Assembly (NCBI GenBank): GCA_039182865.1
Contig: JBCDBX010000003.1
Span: 1,343-65,342, forward strand
DNA: 64,000 nucleotides
Direction of reading: 5' to 3'
Source of the DNA: Pseudomonadota bacterium
GTDB lineage: Bacteria; Pseudomonadota; Gammaproteobacteria; UBA4575
The position numbers and the translations under genes were made by a program. Of the stretch, positions 58,280 through 64,000 are shown one piece after another (positions within the stretch are counted from its first letter, which is position 1; every line of letters starts with the position of its first letter). The notes beneath the pieces are model-generated. The model was not told the origin of the DNA, did no database searches, and saw only the letters and a list, made by a program, of their open reading frames with translations.

Positions 58280-59128
58280 TTAATCATTAATGCTTTGAAT
58301 ATCGACAAGCATATCTTCCCAGTGTCGTTGATTATTCATATCAAACTGCGCGCCTTGTTCATCCGCCCATTTGAATCGTTTAAGTCCTGCAGTTTTACTG
58401 GTCGCTTGATACAACCAATAAGCTTCTGCTTTTAGCGCCTGATCAATAGGCAAATCAATCGATTCATAGACGGCTTGTTTGGTGGCATTAATTGATTCCG
58501 CTGGCCAAAGTGCAATACGCTGCGCCAAGGCTTCAACAAATGATCCAATTTCATCTGCATCCAAGGCTCTGTTAACAGTACCTACCCGTTCCGCTTCATC
58601 CGCATCCCAATCACGAGCACCTAACACGATTTCAAGCGCGCGACCTAACCCGACTTGGCGCGCCATACGCGAGGCACCGCCACCGCATGGAAGAATTCCC
58701 ATGCCCACTTCCATTTGCATAAAGCGTGCTTTACCGCGTGCAGCGAATCGCATGTCACATGCCAATGCAAATTCATGTCCGCCACCACGCGCAAAGCCTT
58801 CAATCTTTGCAATTGTCGCCTGTGGAACCTTGCTGATCCTTTCACACACGGCCTGCAAATCTAGTAATTTCACTTCTTCCCGCGAGACTGCTTCTCCCGA
58901 CATATCTTTTAAAAGTTCCGTGTCATAGTGACAAACCCAAACTTCAGGATTCGCAGATTGAAAAACAACAACCTTAGTTTCACGATCACGTTCTAGTCGC
59001 ATCGCCAAGCTATTTAAATCCGCCAGCATTTCCTGGCCTTGAACATTCACTGGGGGAAAGTCGAATGTCACCCATGCAATTGCATTGTTTACTTTAAAGT
59101 TAAAGGTGGTGAAGTTTTTATATTCCAT
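58280..59128 (-). CDS. Enoyl-CoA hydratase/isomerase (crotonase) family protein
   Basis: Crotonase-fold motifs (KIEGFARGGGHEFALACDMRFAA). Confidence 0.75.
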   Translation of the reverse strand: MEYKNFTTFNFKVNNAIAWVTFDFPPVNVQGQEMLADLNSLAMRLERDRETKVVVFQSANPEVWVCHYDTELLKDMSGEAVSREEVKLLDLQAVCERISKVPQATIAKIEGFARGGGHEFALACDMRFAARGKARFMQMEVGMGILPCGGGASRMARQVGLGRALEIVLGARDWDADEAERVGTVNRALDADEIGSFVEALAQRIALWPAESINATKQAVYESIDLPIDQALKAEAYWLYQATSKTAGLKRFKWADEQGAQFDMNNQRHWEDMLVDIQSIND

Positions 59129-59183
59129 AACATGTCTCCTTAAATTTTGATTACAGTATTCTTTGATATTTATATATTGATTT

Positions 59184-59474
59184 TTAAGCGATTTGAGTCA
59201 TTTCATTTAATGTAAATTCTTCAATTGCCGTTTCTGTCGCAGACATATAATCTTTTAAATGTTGGTTATTCATATGTGTCTGCCAAAGATCACGAGACTC
59301 CCAATTCTCGTAAAACAAAAAGTGTGCAGGATCATCATTATTTTGGTGTAAGTCATAGTTTAAACATCCCTTTTCGGCGCGGGTGATATCAATTAATTTT
59401 TCGAGTTCAGCTTTTACATAATCAATTTTGTCTTTTTTTGCTTTGATATTTGCAACGATGGTTAATTTTTTCAT
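59184..59474 (-). CDS. Antibiotic-biosynthesis-monooxygenase (ABM) domain protein
   Basis: 96-aa ABM-like pattern (CLNYDLHQN..DP..F.FYE.W.S...). Confidence 0.5.
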   Translation of the reverse strand: MKKLTIVANIKAKKDKIDYVKAELEKLIDITRAEKGCLNYDLHQNNDDPAHFLFYENWESRDLWQTHMNNQHLKDYMSATETAIEEFTLNEMTQIA

Positions 59475-59491
59475 CTATTGATTTCCTATAT

Positions 59492-60520
59492 TTAAGTAAA
59501 TGTTTCCAAAACAATTTTTCCAATTGTTTTATGACTTTCTATTGACGTATGAGCTTTCTTCAGATTTTTAGCATTGATACAACCATGAGTTGACTTCAAA
59601 GTGGTCACAAGTTTGCCCGCATCAATCAATTCGGCTACTTTATTGAGTAATAGATGCTGCTCGATCATATCGAGAGTTTGAAACATCGAACGTGTAAACA
59701 TGAACTCCCAATGCAGAGAGATACTTTTCATTTTAAGTTTCATAATATCTAGCGATGTAGCAGGATCATCGATTAAAGCTAATTTTCCCTGAGGCGTGAT
59801 GCATTTAACTATTTCATCAAAATGTTGCTCTGTATGGGATAAACTAATTGCATGTGTAACATCAGTTACACCTATTCTTTTCAGCTCTTGGGATAATGAT
59901 TTGCGGTGATCAATCACATGGTTTGCACCACATTGCTTAACCCACTCTTGTGATTCTGGGCGAGAAGCAGTCCCAATAATTATTGCATTCGTTAAATTTG
60001 ATGCTAGTTGAGTCAGTATTGACCCAACCCCACCAGAAGCACCCACGATCATTAATCTCTGGTCATCCTGCTTAACAGAATTCAAAGATTGTGAGAATCC
60101 TAAGCGATCAAACAACAATTCCCATGCTGTAATCGTTGTGAGTGGCAAAGCTGCTGCTTGTACATCACTCAAAGATGCAGGCGCATGACCTACAATACGT
60201 TCATCAACCAGCTGATATTCCGCATTACATCCTGGGCGAGTTAAATCTCCCGCATACCAAACGCGATCTCCCTTACTAAATAACTCAACACCTTCTCCCA
60301 CATCAACAACTTCACCGACTGCATCCCAACCGATAACTTTATATTCATCATCACTAGAACCAACAGCAGCGCGTATTTTAGTATCTACCGGATTAACAGA
60401 TATTGCTTTAACTTTAACTAATAAGTCTTTGCCTGCAGCTTGAGGCACGGGCAGCTCTATATCTACCAATGAATCATCTTGTTCGATTGGTTGAGCTTTT
60501 TTGTAACCTACCGCTTTCAT
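59492..60520 (-). CDS. Zinc-type alcohol dehydrogenase-like / quinone oxidoreductase (MDR superfamily)
   Basis: 342 aa with GDRVWYAG and the Rossmann motif MIVGASGGVGS. Confidence 0.7.
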   Translation of the reverse strand: MKAVGYKKAQPIEQDDSLVDIELPVPQAAGKDLLVKVKAISVNPVDTKIRAAVGSSDDEYKVIGWDAVGEVVDVGEGVELFSKGDRVWYAGDLTRPGCNAEYQLVDERIVGHAPASLSDVQAAALPLTTITAWELLFDRLGFSQSLNSVKQDDQRLMIVGASGGVGSILTQLASNLTNAIIIGTASRPESQEWVKQCGANHVIDHRKSLSQELKRIGVTDVTHAISLSHTEQHFDEIVKCITPQGKLALIDDPATSLDIMKLKMKSISLHWEFMFTRSMFQTLDMIEQHLLLNKVAELIDAGKLVTTLKSTHGCINAKNLKKAHTSIESHKTIGKIVLETFT

Positions 60521-60614
60521 GGCACATCTCCAATATATTGCAAATTGAAGACATTTTGACCTTATTATATTAGTATATAAACATAGTAATCATGTAATTA
60601 TATTCAAAATATTT

Positions 60615-61514
60615 TTGATAATGAAATTAGACGATCTATCTCTGTTTGTAAGAATTGCCGATACCGGAAGCATCACAGAATCTGCTCTACAGCTTGAGAT
60701 GACAACCGCGACGGCAAGTGCTGCACTTAAACGCTTAGAAGATCAACTCGACACACAATTGTTTGTACGCTCGACACGACGACTGCGTATCACCACCGAA
60801 GGCGAGAGATTTTTACAGTATTGCAGGTTGGCATTGGAAACTATCGAGGATGGCATCTCAGCGATGAATACTTACCAAGGCAAAATTGCGGGTACTATTA
60901 GATTATCCATCTCATCCGATTTAGGACGCAATATTGTCATGCCGTGGTTAGATGAAATTGTGGATAAACATCCCAACCTCTCACTTAACATAAACATACA
61001 AGACAGTATTTCAGATTTCTATTCAGACAGTGTCGATGTTGCGATACGCTATGGCGAGCCCCGAGAATCTTCACTGGTAGCGTTTAAATTGGCAGATGCA
61101 GACACAATGATTTGTGCATCACCCAGTTACTTAAAAAAATTTAGTTCGCCGTCTAAACCAAATGAACTAGTGGGTCATAATTGTTTGTTTTACCAACTTG
61201 ATGAACGTGTCCATGATACCTGGACATTTCAACGTGGCAAAAACAAATACAAGGTACACGTCACAGGAAACCGCAAGTGTAATGATGGAGAACTTGTTAA
61301 GCGCTGGATTCTTGCTGGCAAAGGCATCGCACTAAAATCAAAAATAGACATGGCAAGTGAATTAAAGGCGGGAAAAGTTATTCAATTGCTTAAGGGCTAT
61401 AAAACACCACCTCTTGACCTCTGGATGATATGCCCAACTAGAAAGCAAGTCACTCCGGCTATATTATTACTACGTGATACCTTTCGAGAGAAATTTTCAC
61501 AAATACTGAATTAA
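60615..61514 (+). CDS. LysR-family transcriptional regulator
   Basis: N-terminal HTH (LSLFVRIADTGSITESALQLEMTTATASAALKRLEDQLDTQLFVRSTRRLRITTEGERF). Divergent from the oxidoreductase operon. Confidence 0.85.
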   Translation: MIMKLDDLSLFVRIADTGSITESALQLEMTTATASAALKRLEDQLDTQLFVRSTRRLRITTEGERFLQYCRLALETIEDGISAMNTYQGKIAGTIRLSISSDLGRNIVMPWLDEIVDKHPNLSLNINIQDSISDFYSDSVDVAIRYGEPRESSLVAFKLADADTMICASPSYLKKFSSPSKPNELVGHNCLFYQLDERVHDTWTFQRGKNKYKVHVTGNRKCNDGELVKRWILAGKGIALKSKIDMASELKAGKVIQLLKGYKTPPLDLWMICPTRKQVTPAILLLRDTFREKFSQILN

Positions 61515-61586
61515 ATTCTATCAGCAAAAATAACAGCCCATTTTTTAAGTCACATCATATTGACTAAATAGTATTTTTTAATGCCT

Positions 61587-62927
61587 TTAATGAAAGGGTA
61601 ATTCATAATTTATGATAAAACGATTATCTTGAATCGTTTGACCTCCATCAAAATCGGCACGTGCATATCGGTATCTGAGCCAAAAGCCTTTTAATAATCC
61701 TGCTTGAGGTTTGTAATCAATCGTGAAGTCCTGCTCATTCAAATCTGGCAAACTATTACCAGTTTCTGTATCTATCGCATTCTTTCCCCATGCAAAATTT
61801 GAAAAGGTGCTCAAGCCAGTAAGTCCCCATGAGCTAAAATCATAAGATAACCCTGCGAGCGCTCCTGTCTCATTTGCCCGATCAAAATCCTCCAATATCA
61901 AACTTAGAAACCCAGGACTTCCGCCAAAGGGACTTCGAATCGCTGAGCCCTTCCCAGTATTGGTTGCGGCAAGTGTTAAAATTGCATTGCGGTAATCCGT
62001 TTCTACCTGAATCCCATAATGGTTGGTATTAAAGTTACCAATCAGTTCATCTCCGATACTATTTTGATGAGTAAATTGGGCCGATATTCTTGTTGACACT
62101 TCGTTTGTTATTGGTCCTGTATATGTGAATTTCGAATAAAAAATATTAAACACATCATGAGTATAATAATTGATTGCCCCTAGTGAAAAATTATTATCAA
62201 AATCATAATTTGCACCTGCCATTGTGGTTCCTTTACCACTGTTCGCCGCGCCCGCGGCTTCGGCCATACTTATGAAGCCTTCTGCATTACGACGTTTTAA
62301 TTGTGTTATTTGACCCGCCATATAATTAAGCTTTTTACCCGTTTTATGGTAGATATATCCTTCATGTGTTACCGGAATCATTCGCACATCATGTTTATTT
62401 ACATAAGGTAAATCAAAGGTTTGTCGATATAACCGCAGATAGGCATCATCAAGATCAATATCCAGGTACAACTTACCCAGGGTGTTGATATCGCTGCCAT
62501 TCTCGCGAAGCAACAACGTTGATTCACCATTATCATTTCGAAGACGTTGAGACGTAAAATAACTTGCACCAATACTAAAGACATCCGCAATTTGTCCCGA
62601 AATAAATTGAAGTTCGCCTCCATAGACAATTGCAGCATTATCTGGACTTTCTTTATTATTTCTATCCAAGCTAAAAAGCCTGAACCGGGGCGTAAGAGAA
62701 GATTCACTTAAGAATGCAGGCAAGTTGTCAATCCAATTACCCAGGAAGATTCGATCCTCTGGCTTTTGCTTAAGTCCATAAGAAAGACTGGTATCTAATA
62801 CATCTACTGACTTTGCAGTAGGATTTTCCCCATCCAGATACTCACTGGCCCAGACAAGATTTGAAGTGCATAAGACAAACAACACGAAAATGACAAAGTT
62901 TGAATATGTAATGTTGTTGGATTTCAA
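61587..62927 (-). CDS. OprD-family outer-membrane porin
   Basis: 446 aa with a signal peptide, an 18-strand-like alternating pattern, and C-terminal ...YELPFH typical of the OprD/OccD family. Confidence 0.65.
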   Translation of the reverse strand: MKSNNITYSNFVIFVLFVLCTSNLVWASEYLDGENPTAKSVDVLDTSLSYGLKQKPEDRIFLGNWIDNLPAFLSESSLTPRFRLFSLDRNNKESPDNAAIVYGGELQFISGQIADVFSIGASYFTSQRLRNDNGESTLLLRENGSDINTLGKLYLDIDLDDAYLRLYRQTFDLPYVNKHDVRMIPVTHEGYIYHKTGKKLNYMAGQITQLKRRNAEGFISMAEAAGAANSGKGTTMAGANYDFDNNFSLGAINYYTHDVFNIFYSKFTYTGPITNEVSTRISAQFTHQNSIGDELIGNFNTNHYGIQVETDYRNAILTLAATNTGKGSAIRSPFGGSPGFLSLILEDFDRANETGALAGLSYDFSSWGLTGLSTFSNFAWGKNAIDTETGNSLPDLNEQDFTIDYKPQAGLLKGFWLRYRYARADFDGGQTIQDNRFIINYELPFH

Positions 62928-63197
62928 TGTCGGTATGTTCTTGTATATGTATTTATGACTTCTAACACCAGATTTATTCTGTCTATTAAATGTAAGCGCT
63001 TAAATAAGGCGCATGCTGTGGACTCTAAGCCCATTGCTATATGTACACATCAAATACTTGTAAGTCACGCTTAGAAAGTTTAGATTATATGTATCGTAAC
63101 GAATATTGAAGGAGGTGATCATGTCTAAATCTGCTCTGACTATCCTTCCTTTCGCGCTCGACTAAATCAGCTGAGACGCAAAGGAATAGCAAAGCAA

Positions 63198-63228
63198 GAA
63201 GGGGGCAATAGCCCCCTTCTCTTTCTGT
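63198..63228 (+). terminator. Rho-independent terminator after a micro-ORF
   Basis: GAAGGGGGC-AATA-GCCCCCTTC (63198-63219) followed by TCTTTCTGT. Confidence 0.5.
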
Positions 63229-63296
63229 AAGATCTAAATATAAATAACTAGAGATTCATTCGTAATTCAACGAATGAAGTTAGGATAATCTGTTCT

Positions 63297-63372
63297 TGGT
63301 GGCCAGGGGCAGAATCGAACTGCCGACACGAGGATTTTCAGTCCACTGCTCTACCAACTGAGCTACCTGGCC
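63297..63372 (-). tRNA. tRNA-Phe (anticodon GAA)
   Basis: Reverse complement reads GGCCAGGTAGCTCAGTTGGTAGAGCAGTGGACTGAAAATCCTCGTGTCGGCAGTTCGATTCTGCCCCTGGCCACCA. It has a 7-bp acceptor stem, D-loop AGCTCAGTTGGTAGAGC, anticodon loop CTGAAAA (GAA), T-arm GTTCGATTC and a 3' CCA. Confidence 0.9.
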
Positions 63373-63611
63373 ATTGTCTACAACCAATAGTTTTGCGCTA
63401 CCGACTCGATTACTGAAAATCGAGATTTTCAGCCACTACATACCTTGCTGCTTCGCAGCCCCGCTGCACTGACAATTAGATATGAGATATCACTAGATTC
63501 GCTTTGAAATCAGCTATTTAGCTAATTTCTTCGAAGAAAGGGCGACATTAAACCGACTTAATACGTTTTCGTCAACCGAAAACCGACCTGATGCGAATCA
63601 GACACTGATGA

Positions 63612-63881
63612 TTATTCAGGAGCTGTAAATTCCTTAGGCACTTCAGAGCCTTCGCCAAAAAAGAATTTTTCCATTTCTTCTTCGAGAAATTTGCGTGCTT
63701 TGGGATCGACCGGGGTTAAACGGTATTCATTGATCAACATGGTCTGGTGGTTAACCCATGACTCCCATGCTTGTTTTGATACATTTTCATAAATGCGTTT
63801 ACCTAGGTCTCCAGGATATGGCGCAAAGTCCAGTCCTTCGGCTTCGGTTCCAAGTTTTACACATTGCACCATTCTTGCCAT
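63612..63881 (-). CDS. yggX: Fe(II)-trafficking / oxidative-damage protection protein YggX
   Basis: 89 aa: [45 protein letters not shown]. is the YggX signature. Downstream of mutY, as in E. coli. Confidence 0.8.
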   Translation of the reverse strand: MARMVQCVKLGTEAEGLDFAPYPGDLGKRIYENVSKQAWESWVNHQTMLINEYRLTPVDPKARKFLEEEMEKFFFGEGSEVPKEFTAPE

Positions 63882-63889
63882 GGTGTCTC

Positions 63890-64000
63890 CTATAAAGCTA
63901 ATTGTTTAATAAGTTGATTAACAGGTGCCGCCAGGCCCGCCTGTGATGTGCCATGTTTATACCAGACCCAATCATCAGCTTCCATCACCCAGTGTATAGG
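63890..64000 (-). CDS. mutY: A/G-specific adenine glycosylase, C-terminal fragment (5' end outside the window)
   Basis: The minus-frame translation [36 protein letters not shown] has a MutY NUDIX-like C-terminal character. The mutY-yggX adjacency is conserved in gammaproteobacteria. Confidence 0.45.
   Translation of the reverse strand, partial: PIHWVMEADDWVWYKHGTSQAGLAAPVNQLIKQLAL

Noticed and set aside
58479-58928. Plus-strand ORFs (58479-58928, 58655-58864) and an extra minus-frame ORF (58645-58845) inside the enoyl-CoA hydratase gene.
   Set aside because: Antisense or alternate-frame to a gene with clear crotonase motifs. Their Ala/Arg/Ser-rich translations are characteristic of a locally GC-richer coding segment read out of frame.
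55563-63372. Possibility that the LysR/oxidoreductase/OprD block next to tRNA-Phe is an integrated genomic island.
   Set aside because: No integrase, transposase, phage gene or direct repeat of the tRNA 3' end was found. Only a degenerate internal tRNA-like palindrome at 63404-63432 is present, so island status cannot be supported from sequence alone.
1-64000. Screen for CRISPR arrays, rRNA genes, IS elements or integrases.
   Set aside because: I found no regularly spaced direct repeats, no rRNA-like conserved stretches and no transposase or integrase-like ORFs in any frame. The window appears to be chromosomal backbone plus non-mobile accessory genes.

Overview
This is an AT-rich (roughly 38-40% GC by eye) gammaproteobacterial chromosomal segment. 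Its gene order strongly resembles Pseudomonas/Moraxellaceae: metK(partial)-ahcY-rsmE, then a Chp/Pil chemosensory cluster on the minus strand (pilG-pilH-pilI-pilJ-chpA-cheW-like), then gshB-tonB family-algH/yqgE-ruvX-pyrR-pyrB-pyrC', followed by three tandem PilT-family retraction ATPases, yggS-proC-yggT and an HU-like gene. The remainder is accessory-looking: a TerB-like gene, hspQ, a toxin-antitoxin-like pair, YkgJ, yrfG, cysQ, an LpxL-family acyltransferase, an LplT-Aas fusion, and a 9-kb operon of four secreted DUF11-type beta-sandwich proteins. The last of these is a 1984-aa protein with a roughly 700-aa C-terminal predicted outer-membrane beta-barrel; no chaperone, usher, sortase or secretion ATPase is encoded nearby, so this is the best candidate for an undescribed surface-structure system. 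Further along are DUF454, djlA, a Zur-controlled zrgA-like zinc uptake cluster, a minimal K+ channel, cti-HIT-cls membrane-lipid genes, an sbtA-sbtB-like bicarbonate transporter pair, a LysR-associated oxidoreductase cluster, an OprD-family porin, tRNA-Phe, yggX and the 3' end of mutY. I saw no transposases, integrases, CRISPR arrays or rRNA genes. All calls come from reading the supplied translations and sequence by eye against remembered family signatures. No database search was run.
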